Positions 1-13,277 of a stretch of 64,000 bases of DNA are shown here, in pieces. Below the pieces are notes generated by a model. The model was not told the origin of the DNA, searched no databases, and worked only from the letters and a program-made list of their open reading frames with translations. Numbering within the stretch: the first letter of the stretch is position 1; each line of letters opens with the position of its first letter. The stretch comes from Heterodontus francisci (taxonomy: Eukaryota), in contig NC_090396.1 in NCBI RefSeq assembly GCF_036365525.1, positions 53,987,297 to 54,051,296 on the forward strand, in the 5' to 3' direction. Made by a program: the position numbers and the translations under genes.

Positions 1-3000
1 TCTGTGCTGAGGACTGTGTTGCTGATGGTTGTTGGGTTTTGTTTGAAGCTGTGCTGAGGACTGTGTTGCTGATCGTTGTTGTTGGTTTTGTTTGAAGCTG
101 TGCTGAGGACTGTGTTGCTGATGGTTGTTGATTTTGTTTGAACTTGTGCTGAGGAATGTGTTGCTGATGGTTGTTGTTGGTTTTGTTTGAAGCTGTGCTG
201 AGGACTGTGTTGCTGATGGTTGTTGTTGGTTTTGTTTGAAGCTGTGCTGAGGACTGTGTTGCTGATGGTTGTTATTGGTTTGTTTGAACTTTTGCTGAAG
301 ACTGTGTTGCTGATGGTTGTTGGTTTGTTTGAACTTGTGCTGAGGACTGTGTTTTTGATGGTTGTTGGTTTTGTTTGAAGCTTTGCTGAGGACTGTGTTG
401 CTGATTGTTGTTGGTTTTGTTTGAAGCTATGCTGAGGACTGTGTTGCTGATGGTTGTTGTTGGTTTGTTTTAACTTGTGCTGAGGACTGTGTTGCTGATG
501 GTTGTTGGTTTTGTTTGAAGCTATGCTGAGGACTGTGCTGCTGATGGTTGTTGTTGGTTTGTTTGAACTTTTGCTGAGGACTGTGTTGCTGATGGTTGTT
601 GGTTTGTTTGAACTTGTGCTGAGGACTGTGTTGCTGATGGTTGTTGGTTTTGTTTGAAGCTTTGCTGAGGACTGTGCTGCTGATTGTTGTTGGTTTTGTT
701 TGAAGCTATGCTGAGGACTGTGTTGCTGATGGTTGTTGTTGGTTTGTTTGAAGCTGTGCTGAGGACTGTGTTGCTGATGGTTGTTGGTTTTGTTTGAAGC
801 TATGCTGAGGACTGTGTTGCTGATGGTTATTGATTTTGTTTGAAGCTATGCTGAGGACTGTGTTGCTGATGGTTGTTGTTGGTTTTGTTTGAAGCTGTGC
901 TGAGGACTGTTTTGCTGATGGTTGTTGGTTTTGTTGGAAGCTATGCTGAGGACTGTCTTGCTGATGGTTGTTGTTGGTTTGTTTGAACCTGTGCTGAGGA
1001 CTGTGTTGCTGATGGTTGTTGGTTTTGTTTGAAGCTATGCTGAGGACTGTGTTGCTGATGGTTGTTGTTGGTTTTGTTTGAAGCTGTGCTGAGGACTGTG
1101 TTGCTGATGGTTGTTGGTTTTGTTTGAAGCTATGCTGAGGATTGTGTTGCTGATGGTTGTTGTTGGTTTGTTTGAAGCTGTGCTGAGGACTGTGTTGCTA
1201 ATGGTTATTGGTTTTGTTTGAAGCGATGCTGAGGACTGTGTTGCTGATGGTTGTTGGTTTTGTTTGAAGCTATGCTGAGGACTGTGTTGCTGATGGTTAT
1301 TGGTTTTGTTTGAAGCTATGCTGAGGACTGTGTTGCTGATGGTTGTTGTTGGTTTGTTTGAAGCTGTGCTGAGGACTGTGTTGCTGATGGTTATTGGTTT
1401 TGTTTGAAGCTATGCTGAGGACTGTGTTGCTGATGGTTGTTGGTTTGTTTGAACTTGTGCTGAGGACTGTGTTGCTGATGGTTGTTGGTTTTGTTTGAAG
1501 ATTTGCTGAGGACTGTGTTGCTGATTGTTGTTGGTTTTGTTTGAAGCTATGCTGAGGACTGTGTTGCTGATAATTGTTGTTGGTTTGTTTTAACTTGTGC
1601 TGAGGACTGTGTTGCTGATGGTTGTTGGTTTTGTTTGAAGCTATGCTGAGGACTGTGCTGCTAATGGTTGTTTTTGGTTTGTTTGAACCTGTGCTGAGGA
1701 CTGTGTTGCTGATGGTTGTTGGTTTTGTTTGAAGCTATGCTGAGGACTGTGCTGCTGATGGTTGTTGTTGGTTTGTTTGAACTTTTGCTGAGGACTGTGT
1801 TGCTGATGGTTGTTGGTTTGTTTGAACTTGTGCTGAGGACTGTGTTGCTGATGGTTGTTGGTTTTGTTTGAAGCTTTGCTGAGGACTGTGCTGCTGATTG
1901 TTGTTGGTTTTGTTTGAAGCTATGCTGAGGACTGTCTTGCTGATGGTTGTTGTTGGTTTGTTTGAACCTGTGCTGAGGACTGTGTTGCTGATGGTTGTGT
2001 GTTTTGTTTGAAGCTATGCTGAGGACTGTGTTGCTGATGGTTGTTGTTGGTTTTGTTTGAAGCTGTGCTGAGGACTGTGTTGCTGATGGTTGTTGGTTTT
2101 GTTTGAAGCTATGCTGAGGACTGTGTTGCTGATGGTTGTTGTTGGTTTGTTTGAAGCTGTGCTGAGGACTGTGTTGCTGATGGTTATTGGTTTTGTTTGA
2201 AGCGATGCTGAGGACTGTGTTGCTGATGGTTGTTGGTTTTGTTTGAAGCTATGCTGAGGACTGTGTTGCTGATGGTTATTGGTTTTGTTTGAAGCTATGC
2301 TGAGGACTGTGTTGCTGATGGTTGTTGTTGGTTTGTTTGAAGCTGTGCTGAGGACTGTGTTGCTGATGGTTATTGGTTTTGTTTGAAGCGATGCTGAGGA
2401 CTGTGTTGCTGATGGTTGTTGGTTTTGTTTGAAGCTATGCTGAGGACTGTGTTGCTGATGGTTATTGGTTTTGTTTGAAGCTATGCTCAGGACTGTGTTG
2501 CTGATGGTTGTTGTTGGTTTGTTTGAAGCTGTGCTGAGGACTGTGTTGCTGATGGTTATTGGTTTTGTTTGAAGCTATGCTGAGGACTGTGTTGCTGATG
2601 GTTGTTGGGTTTTGTTTGAAGCTATGCTGAGGACTGAGATGCTGATTGTTGTTGGTTTTGTTTGAAGTTGTGCTGCGAACTATGTTGCTAATGTTTCTTG
2701 TTGGTTTGTTTGAAGCTGTGCTGAGGACTGTGTTGCTGTTGGTTGTTGGTTTTGTTTGAAGCTGTGCTGCGAACTCTGTTGCTAATGGTTCTTGTTGGTT
2801 TGTTTGAAGCTGTGCTGAGGACTGTGTTGCTGTTGGTTGTTGGTTTTGTTTGAAGCTATGCTGAGGACTGTGTTGCTGATTGTTGTTGGTTTTGTTTGAA
2901 GCTGTGCTGAGGACTGTGTTGCTGAGGTTGTTGTTGGTTTTGTTTGAAGCTATGCTGAGGACTGTGTTGCTGATTGTTGTTAGTTTTGTTTGAAGCTGTG

Positions 3001-6000
3001 CTGTGGACTGTGTTGCTGATGGTTGTTGGTTTTGTTTGAAGCTTTGCTGAGGACTGTGTTGCTGATGGTTGTTATTGGTTTGTTTGAACTTTTGCTGAGG
3101 ACTGTGTTGCTGATCATTGTTGGTTTGTTTGAACTTGTGCTGAGGACTGTGTTGCTGATGGTTGTTGGTTTTGTTTGAAGCTATGCTGAGGACTGTGTTG
3201 CTGATGGTTGTTGTTGGTTTGTTTTAACTTGTGCTGAGGACTGTGTTGCTGATGGTTGTTGGTTTTGTTTGAAGCTATGCTGAGGACTGTGCTGCTAATG
3301 GTTGTTTTTGGTTTGTTTGAACCTGTGCTGAGGACTGTGTTGCTGATGGTTGTTGGTTTTGTTTGAAGCTATGCTGAGGACTGTGCTGCTGATGGTTGTT
3401 GTTGGTTTGTTTGAACTTTTGCTGAGGACTGTGTTGCTGATGGTTGTTGGTTTGTTTGAAATTGTGCTGAGGACTGTGTTGCTGATGGTTGTTGGTTTTG
3501 TTTGAAGCTTTGCTGAGGACTGTGTTGCTGATTGTTGTTGGTTTTGTTTGAAGCTATGCTCAGGACTGTGTTGCTGATGGTTGTTGTTGGTTTGTTTGAA
3601 GCTGTGCTGAGGACTGTGTTGCTGATGGTTGTTGGTTTTGTTTGAAGCTATGCTGAGGACTGTGTTGCTGATGGTTATTGATTTTGTTTGAAGCTATGCT
3701 GAGGACTGTGTTGCTGATGGTTGTTGTTGGTTTTGTTTGAAGCTGTGCTGAGGACTGTGTTGCTGATGGTTGTTGGTTTTGTTTGAAGCTATGCTGAGGA
3801 CTGTCTTGCTGATGGTTGTTGTTGGTTTGTTTGAACCTGTGCTGAGGACTGTGTTGCTGATGGTTGTGCGTTTTGTTTGAAGCTATGCTGAGGACTGTGT
3901 TGCTGATGGTTGTTGTTGGTTTTGTTTGAAGCTGTGCTGAGGACTGTGTTGCTGATGGTTGTTGGTTTTGTTTGAAGCTATGCTGAGGACTGTGTTGCTG
4001 ATGGTTGTTGTTGGTTTGTTTGAAGCTGTGCTGAGGACTGTGTTGCTGATGGTTATTGGTTTTGTTTGAAGCGATGCTGAGGACTGTGTTGCTGATGGTT
4101 GTTGGTTTTGTTTGAAGCTATGCTGAGGACTGTGTTGCTGATGGTTATTGGTTTTGTTTGAAGCTATGCTGAGGACTGTGTTGCTGATGGTTGTTGTTGG
4201 TTTGTTTGAAGCTGTGCTGAGGACTGTGTTGCTGATGGTTATTGGTTTTGTTTGAAGCTATGCTGAGGACTGTGTTGCTGATGGTTGTTGGGTTTTATTT
4301 GAAGCTGTGCTGAGGACTGTGTTGCTGATCGTTGTTGTTGGTTTTGTTTGAAGCTGTGCTGAGGACTGTGTTGCTGATGGTTGTTGATTTTGTTTGAACT
4401 TGTGCTGAGGAATGTGTTGCTGATGGTTGTTGTTGGTTTTGTTTGAAGCTGTGCTGAGGACTGTGTTGCTGATGGTTGTTGTTGGTTTTGTTTGAAGCTG
4501 TGCTGAGGACTGTGTTGCTGATGGTTGTTGTTGGTTTTGTTTGAAGCTGTGCTGAGGACTGTGTTGCTGATGGTTGTTATTGGTTTGTTTGAACTTTTGC
4601 TGAAGACTGTGTTGCTGATGGTTGTTGGTTTGTTTGAACTTGTGCTGAGGACTGTGTTGCTGATGGTTGTTGGTTTTGTTTGAAGCTTTGCTGAGGACTG
4701 TGTTGCTGAATGTTGTTGGTTTTGTTTGAAGCTATGCTGAGGACTGTGTTGCTGATGGTTGTTGTTGGTTTGTTTTAACTTGTGCTGAGGACTGTGTTGC
4801 TGATGGTTGTTGGTTTTGTTTGAAGCTATGCTGAGGACTGTGCTGCTAATGGTTGTTTTTGGTTTGTTTGAACCTGTGCTGAGGACTGTGTTGCTGATGG
4901 TTGTTGGTTTTGTTTGAAGCTATGCTGAGGACTGTGCTGCTGATGGTTGTTGTTGGTTTGTTTGAACTTTTGCTGAGGACTGTGTTGCTGATGGTTGTTG
5001 GTTTGTTTGAACTTGTGCTGAGGACTGTGTTGCTGATGGTTGTTGGTTTTGTTTGAAGCTTTGCTGAGGACTGTGCTGCTGATTGTTGTTGGTTTTGTTT
5101 GAAGCTATGCTGAGGACTGTGTTGCTGATGGTTGTTGTTGGTTTGTTTGAAGCTGTGCTGAGGACTGTGTTGCTGATGGTTGTTGGTTTTGTTTGAAGCT
5201 ATGCTGAGGACTGTGTTGCTGATGGTTATTGATTTTGTTTGAAGGTATGCTGAGGACTGTGTTGCTGATGGTTGTTGTTGGTTTTGTTTGAAGCTGTGCT
5301 GTGGACTGTGTTGCTGATGGTTGTTGGTTTTGTTTGAAGCTATGCTGAGGACTGTGTTGCTGATGGTTGTTGTTGGTTTGTTTGAACCTGTGCTGAGGAC
5401 TGTGTTGCTGATGGTTGTTGGTTTTGTTTGAAGCTATGCTGAGGACTGTGTTGCTGATGGTTGTTGTTGGTTTTGTTTGAAGCTGTGCTGAGGACTGTGT
5501 TGCTGATGGTTGTTGGTTTTGTTTGAAGCTATGCTGAGGACTGTGTTGCTGATGGTTATTGGTTTTGTTTGAAGCGATGCTGAGGACTGTGTTGCTGATG
5601 GTTGTTGGTTTTGTTTGAAGCTATGCTGAGGACTGTGTTGCTGATGGTTATTGGTTTTGTTTGAAGCTATGCTGAGGACTGTGTTGCTGATGGTTGTTGT
5701 TGGTTTGTTTGAAGCTGTGCTGAGGACTGTGTTGCTGATGGTTATTGGTTTTGTTTGAAGCTATGCTGAGGACTGTGTTGCTGATGGTTGTTGGGTTTTG
5801 TTTGAAGCTGTGCTGAGGACTGTGTTGCTGATCGTTGTTGTTGGTTTTGTTTGAAGCTGTGCTGAGGACTGTGTTGCTGATGGTTGTTGATTTTGTTTGA
5901 GCTTGTGCTGAGGACTGTGTTGCTGATGGTTGTTGATTTTGTTTGAAGCTATGCTGAGGACTGAATTGCTGATTGTTGTTGGTTTTGTTTGAAGCTATGC

Positions 6001-9000
6001 TGAGGACTGAGTTGCTGATTGTTGTTGGTTTTGTTTGAAGCTATGCTGAGGACTGTGTTGCTGATTGTTGTTGGTTTTGTTTGAAGCTGTGCTGAGGACA
6101 GTGTTGCTGATTCTGATTGGTTTTGTTTGAAGCTAAGCTGAGGACTGAGTTGCTGATTGTTGTTGGTTTTGTTTCAAGTTGTGCTGCGAACTATGTTGCT
6201 AATGGTTCTTGTTGGTTTGTTTGAAGCTGTGCTGAGGACTGTGTTGCTGTTGGTTGTTGGTTTTGTTTGAAGCTGTGCTGCGAACTCTGTTGCTAATGGT
6301 TCTTGTTGGTTTGTTTGAAGCTGTGCTGAGGACTGTGTTGCTGTTGGTTGTTGGTTTTGTTTGAAGCTATGCTGAGGACTGTGTTGCTGATTGTTGTTGG
6401 TTTTGTTTGAAGCTGTGCTGAGGACTGTGTTGCTGAGGTTGTTGTTGGTTTTGTTTGAAGCTATGCTGAGGACTGTGTTGCTGATTGTTGTTGGTTTTGT
6501 TTGAAGCTGTGCTGTGGACTGTGTTGCTGTTGGTTGTTGGTTTTGTTTGAAGCTGTGCTGCGAACTCTGTTGCTAATGTTTCTTGTTGGTTTGTTTGAAG
6601 CTGTGCTGAGGACTGTGTTGCTGTTGGTTGTTGGTTTTGTTTGAAGCTGTGCTGCGAACTCTGTTGCTAATGGTTCTTGTTGGTTTGTTTGAAGCTGTGC
6701 TTAGGACTGTGTTGCTGTTGGTTGTTGGTTTTGTTTGAAGCTATGCTGAGGACTGTGTTGCTGATTGTTGTTGGTTTTGTTTGAAGCTGTGCTGAGGACT
6801 GTGTTGCTGAGGTTGTTGTTGGTTTTGTTTGAAGCTATGCTGAGGACTGTGTTGCTGATTGTTGTTAGTTTTGTTTGAAGCTGTGCTGTGGACTGTGTTG
6901 CTGATGGTTGTTGGTTTTGTTTGAAGCTTTGCTGAGGACTGTGTTGCTGATGGTTGTTATTGGTTTGTTTGAACTTTTGCTTAGGACTGTGTTGCTGATC
7001 GTTGTTGGTTTGTTTGAACTTGTGCTGAGGACTGTGTTGCTGATGGTTGTTGGTTTTGTTTGAAGCTATGCTGAGGACTGTGTTGCTGATGGTTGTTGTT
7101 GGTTTGTTTTAACTTGTGCTGAGGACTGTGTTGCTGATGGTTGTTGGTTTTGTTTGAAGCTATGCTGAGGACTGTGCTGCTAATGGTTGTTTTTGGTTTG
7201 ATTGAACCTGTGCTGAGGACTGTGTTGCTGATGGTTGTTGGTTTTGTTTGAAGCTATGCTGAGGACTGTGCTGCTGATGGTTGTTGTTGGTTTGTTTGAA
7301 CTTTTGCTGAGGACTGTGTTGCTGATGGTTGTTGGTTTTGTTTGAAGCTTTGCTGAGGACTGTGTTGCTGATTGTTGTTGGTTTTGTTTGAAGCTATGCT
7401 GAGGACTGTGTTGCTGATGGTTGTTGTTGGTTTGTTTGAAGCTGTGCTGAGGACTGTGTTGCTGATGGTTGTTGGTTTTGTTTGAAGCTATGCTGAGGAC
7501 TATGTTGCTGATGGTTATCGATTTTGTTTGAAGCTATGCTGAGGACTGTGTTGCTGATGGTTGTTGTTGGTTTTGTTTGAAGCTGTGCTGAGGACTGTGT
7601 TGCTGATGGTTGTTGGTTTTGTTTGAAGCTATGCTGAGGACTGTCTTGCTGATGGTTGTTGTTGGTTTGTTTGAACCTGTGCTGAGGACTGTGTTGCTGA
7701 TGGTTGTTCGTTTTGTTTGAAGCTATGCTGAGGACTGTGTTGCTGATGGTTGTTGTTGGTTTTGTTTGAAGCTGTGCTGAGGACTGTGTTGCTGATGGTT
7801 GTTGGTTTTGTTTGAAGCTATGCTGAGGACTGTGTTGCTGATGGTTGTTGTTGGTTTGTTTGAAGCTGTGCTGAGGACTGTGTTGCTGATGGTTATTGGT
7901 TTTGTTTGAAGCGATGCTGAGGACTGTGTTGCTGATGGTTGTTGGTTTTGTTTGAAGCTATGCTGAGGACTGTGTTGCTGATGGTTATTGGTTTTGTTTG
8001 AAGCTATGCTGAGGACTGTGTTGCTGATGGTTGTTGTTGGTTTGTTTGAAGCTGTGCTGAGGACTGTGTTGCTGATGGTTATTGGTTTTGTTTGAAGCTA
8101 TGCTGAGGACTGTGTTGCTGATGGTTGTTGGGTTTTGTTTGAAGCTGTGCTGAGGACTGTGTTGCTGATCGTTGTTGTTGGTTTTGTTTGAAGCTGTGCT
8201 GAGGACTGTGTTGCTGATGGTTGTTGATTTTGTTTGAACTTGTGCTGAGGAATGTGTTGCTGATGGTTGTTGTTGGTTTTGTTTGAAGCTGTGCTGAGGA
8301 CTGTGTTGCTGATGGTTGTTGTTGGTTTTGTTTGAAGCTGTGCTGAGGACTGTGTTGCTGATGGTTGTTGTTGGTTTTGTTTGAAGCTGTGCTGAGGACT
8401 GTGTTGCTGATGGTTGTTATTGGTTTGTTTGAACTTTTGCTTAGGACTGTGTTGCTGATGGTTGTTGGTTTGTTTGAACTTGTGCTGAGGACTGTGTTGC
8501 TGATGGTTGTTGGTTTTGTTTGAAGCTTTGCTGAGGACTGTGTTGCTGATTGTTGTTGGTTTTGTTTGAAGCTATGCTGAGGACTGTGTTGCTGATGTTT
8601 GTTGTTGGTTTGTTTTAACTTGTGCTGAGGACTGTGTTGCTGATGGTTGTTGGTTTTGTTTGAAGCTATGCTGAGGACTGTGCTGCTGATGGTTGTTGTT
8701 GGTTTGTTTGAACTTTTGCTGAGGACTGTGTTGCTGATGGTTGTTGGTTTGTTTGAACTTGTGCTGAGGACTGTGTTGCTGATGGTTGTTGGTTTTGTTT
8801 GAAGCTTTGCTGAGGACTGTGCTGCTGATTGTTGTTGGTTTTGTTTGAAGCTATGCTGAGGACTGTGTTGCTGATGGTTGTTGTTGGTTTGTTTGAAGCT
8901 GTGCTGAGGACTGTGTTGCTGATGGTTGTTGGTTTTGTTTGAAGCTATGCTGAGGACTGTGTTGCTGATGGTTATTGATTTTGTTTGAAGCTATGCTGAG

Positions 9001-12000
9001 GACTGTGTTGCTGATGGTTGTTGTTGGTTTTGTTTGAAGCTGTGCTGAGGACTGTGTTGCTGATGGTTGTTGGTTTTGTTTAAAGCTATGCTGAGGACTG
9101 TCTTGCTGATGGTTGTTGTTGGTTTGTTTGAACCTGTGCTGAGGACTGTGTTGCTGATGGTTGTTGGTTTTGTTTGAAGCTATGCTGAGGACTGTGTTGC
9201 TGATGGTTATTGATTTTGTTTGAAGCTATGCTGAGGACTGTGTTGCTGATGGTTGTTGTTGGTTTTGTTTGAAGCTGTGCTCAGGACTGTGTTGCTGATG
9301 GTTGTTGGTTTTGTTTGAAGCTATGCTGAGGACTGTGTTGCTGATGGTTGTTGTTGGTTTGTTTGAAGCTGTGCTGAGGACTGTGTTGCTGATGGTTATT
9401 GGTTTTGTTTGAAGCTATGCTGAGGACTGTGTTGCTGATGGTTGTTGTTGGTTTGTTTAAAGCTGTGCTGAGGACTGTGTTGCTGATGGTTATTGGTTTT
9501 GTTTGAAGCTATGCTGAGGACTGTGTTGCTGATGGTTGTTGGGTTTTGTTTGAAGCTGTGCTGAGGACTGTGTTGCTGATTGTTGTTGTTGGTTTTGTTT
9601 GAAGCTGTGCTGAGGACTGTGTTGCTGATGGTTGTTGGGTTTTGTTTGAAGCTGTGCTGAGGACTGTGTTGCTGATGGTTGTTGGGTTTTGTTTGAAGCT
9701 GTGCTGAGGACTGTGTTGCTGATCGTTGTTGTTGGTTTTGTTTGAAGCTGTGCTGAGGACTGTGTTGCTGATGGTTGTTGATTTTGTTTGAACTTGTGCT
9801 GAGGACTGTGTTGCTGATGGTTGTTGATTTTGTTTGAAGCTATGCTGAGGACTGAATTGCTGATTGTTGTTGGTTTTGTTTGAAGCTATGCTGAGGACTG
9901 AGTTGCTGATTGTTGTTGGTTTTGTTTGAAGCTTTGCTGAGGACTGTGTTGCTGATTGTTGTTGGTTTTGTTTGAAGCTGTGCTGAGGACTGTGTTGCTG
10001 ATTGTGATTGGTTTTGTTTGAAGCTAAGCTGAGGACTGAGTTGCTGATTGTTGTTGGTTTTGTTTGAAGTTGTGCTGCGAACTATGTTGCTAATGGTTCT
10101 TGTTGGTTTGTTTGAAGCTGTGCTGAGGACTGTGTTGCTGTTGGTTGTTGGTTTTGTTTGAAGCTGTGCTGCGAACTCTGTTGCTAATGGTTCTTGTTGG
10201 TTTGTTTGAAGCTGTGCTGAGGACTGTGTTGCTGTTGGTTGTTGGTTTTGTTTGAAGCTATGCTGAGGACTGTGTTGCTGATTGTTGTTGGTTTTGTTTG
10301 AAGCTGTGCTGAGGACTGTGTTGCTGAGGTTGTTGTTGGTTTTGTTTGAAGCTATGCTGAGGACTGTGTTGCTGATTGTTGTTGGTTTTGTTTGAAGCTG
10401 TGCTGTGGACTGTATTGCTGATGGTTGTTGGTTTTGTTTGAAGCTGTGCTGAGGACTGTGTTGCTGATGGTTGTTATTGGTTTGTTTGAACTTTTGCTGA
10501 GGACTGTGTTGCTGATGGTTGTTGGTTTGTTTGAACTTGTGCTGAGGACTGTGTTGCTGATGGTTGTTGGTTTTGTTTGAAGCTTTGCTGAGGACTGTGT
10601 TGCTGATTGTTGTTGTTGGTTTTGTTTGAATCTGTGCTGAGGACTGTGTTGCTGATGGTTGTTGGGTTTTGTTTGAAGCTGTGCTGAGGACTGTGTTGCT
10701 GATCGTTGTTGTTGGTTTTGTTTGAAGCTGTGCTGAGGACTGTGTTGCTGATGGTTGTTGATTTTGTTTGAACTTGTGCTGAGGAATGTGTTGCTGATGG
10801 TTGTTGTTGGTTTTGTTTGAAGCTGTGCTGAGGACTGTGTTGCTGATGGTTGTTGTTGGTTTTGTTTGAAGCTGTGCTGAGGACTGTGTTGCTGATGGTT
10901 GTTATTGGTTTGTTTGAACTTTTGCTGAAGACTGTGTTGCTGATGGTTGTTGGTTTGTTTGAACTTGTGCTGAGGACTGTGTTGCTGATGGTTGTTGGTT
11001 TTGTTTGAAGCTTTGCTGAGGACTGTGTTGCTGATTGTTGTTGGTTTTGTTTGAAGCTATGCTGAGGACTGTGTTGCTGATGGTTGTTGTTGGTTTGTTT
11101 TAACTTGTGCTGAGGACTGTGTTGCTGATGGTTGTTGGTTTTGTTTGAAGCTATGCTGAGGACTGTGCTGCTGATGGTTGTTGTTGGTTTGTTTGAACTT
11201 TTGCTGAGGACTGTGTTGCTGATGGTTGTTGGTTTGTTTGAACTTGTGCTGAGGACTGTGTTGCTGATGGTTGTTGGTTTTGTTTGAAGCTTTGCTGAGG
11301 ACTGTGCTGCTGATTGTTGTTGGTTTTGTTTGAAGCTATGCTGAGGACTGTGTTGCTGATGGTTGTTGTTGGTTTGTTTGAAGCTGTGCTGAGGACTGTG
11401 TTGCTGATGGTTGTTGGTTTTGTTTGAAGCTATGCTGAGGACTGTGTTGCTGATGGTTATTGATTTTGTTTGAAGCTATGCTGAGGACTGTGTTGCTGAT
11501 GGTTGTTGTTGGTTTTGTTTGAAGCTGTGCTGAGGACTGTTTTGCTGATGGTTGTTGGTTTTGTTGGAAGCTATGCTGAGGACTGTCTTGCTGATGGTTG
11601 TTGTTGGTTTGTTTGAACCTGTGCTGAGGACTGTGTTGCTGATGGTTGTTGGTTTTGTTTGAAGCTATGCTGAGGACTGTGTTGCTGATGGTTGTTGTTG
11701 GTTTTGTTTGAAGCTGTGCTGAGGACTGTGTTGCTGATGGTTGTTGGTTTTGTTTGAAGCTATGCTGAGGACTGTGTTGCTGATGGTTGTTGTTGGTTTG
11801 TTTGAAGCTGTGCTGAGGACTGTGTTGCTAATGGTTATTGGTTTTGTTTGAAGCGATGCTGAGGACTGTGTTGCTGATGGTTGTTGGTTTTGTTTGAAGC
11901 TATGCTGAGGACTGTGTTGCTGATGGTTATTGGTTTTGTTTGAAGCTATGCTGAGGACTGTGTTGCTGATGGTTGTTGTTGGTTTGTTTGAAGCTGTGCT

Positions 12001-13277
12001 GAGGACTGTGTTGCTGATGGTTATTGGTTTTGTTTGAAGCTATGCTGAGGACTGTGTTGCTGATGGTTGTTGGTTTGTTTGAACTTGTGCTGAGGACTGT
12101 GTTGCTGATGGTTGTTGGTTTTGTTTGAAGATTTGCTGAGGACTGTGTTGCTGATTGTTGTTGGTTTTGTTTGAAGCTATGCTGAGGACTGTGTTGCTGA
12201 TAATTGTTGTTGGTTTGTTTTAACTTGTGCTGAGGACTGTGTTGCTGATGGTTGTTGGTTTTGTTTGAAGCTATGCTGAGGACTGTGCTGCTAATGGTTG
12301 TTTTTGGTTTGTTTGAACCTGTGCTGAGGACTGTGTTGCTGATGGTTGTTGGTTTTGTTTGAAGCTATGCTGAGGACTGTGCTGCTGATGGTTGTTGTTG
12401 GTTTGTTTGAACTTTTGCTGAGGACTGTGTTGCTGATGGTTGTTGGTTTGTTTGAACTTGTGCTGAGGACTGTGTTGCTGATGGTTGTTGGTTTTGTTTG
12501 AAGCTGTGCTGAGGACTTTGTTGCTGATGGTTGTTGTTGGTTTTGTTTGAAGCTATGCTGAGGACTGTGTTGCTGATGGTTGTTGGTTTTGTTTGAATCT
12601 GTGCTGAGGACTGTGTTGCTGATGGTTGTTGTTAGTTTTGTTTGACGCTGTGCTGAGGACTGTGTTGCTGATGGTTGTTGTTGGTTTTGTTTGAAGCTGT
12701 GCTGAGGACTGTGTTGCTGATGGTTGTTGTTGGTTTTGTTTGAACCTATGCTGAGGTCTGTGTTGCTGATGGTTGTTGGTTTTGTTTGAAGCTGTGCTGA
12801 GGACTGTGTTGCTGATGGTTGTTGGTTTTGTTTGAAGCTGTGCTGAGGACTGTGTTGCTGATGGTTGTTGGTTTTGTTTGAAGCTATGCTGAGGACTGTG
12901 TTGCTGATGGTTGTTGGTTTTGTTTGAAGCTATGCTGAGGACTGTGTTGCTAATGGTTGTTGGTTTTGTTTGAAGCTGTGCTGAGGACTGTGTTGCTGAT
13001 GGTTGTTGGTTTTGTTTGAAGCTATGCTGAGGACTGTGTTGCTGATGGTTGTTGGTTTTGTTTGAAGCTATGCTGAGGACTGTGTTGCTGATGGTTGTTG
13101 GTTTTGTTTGAAGCTGTGCTGAGGACTGTGTTGCTGATGGTTGTTGGTTTTGTTTGAAGCTGTGCTGAGGACTGTGTTGCTGATGGTTGTTGGTTTTGTT
13201 TGAAGCTATGCTGAGGACTGTGTTGCTGATTGTTGTTGGTTTTGTTTGAAGCTATGCTGAGGACTGTGTTGCTGATG
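1..13277. repeat. Tandem satellite, ~46-bp unit (45-49-bp variants), roughly 280 copies, open at the left edge of the window
   Basis: Consensus GCTGAGGACTGTGTTGCTGATGGTTGTTGGTTTTGTTTGAAGCT(A/G)T; GCTATG recurs at 13021 and 13067 (46-bp period). Length variants arise from one extra GTT and from T-run length. Copy number is estimated from length. Confidence 0.99.

Noticed and set aside
1-13277. CRISPR-like array or repetitive Q/S/T/N-rich protein gene
   Set aside because: Units are contiguous with no unique spacers and no cas genes. Unit lengths of 45-49 bp shift frame constantly and stops are frequent.
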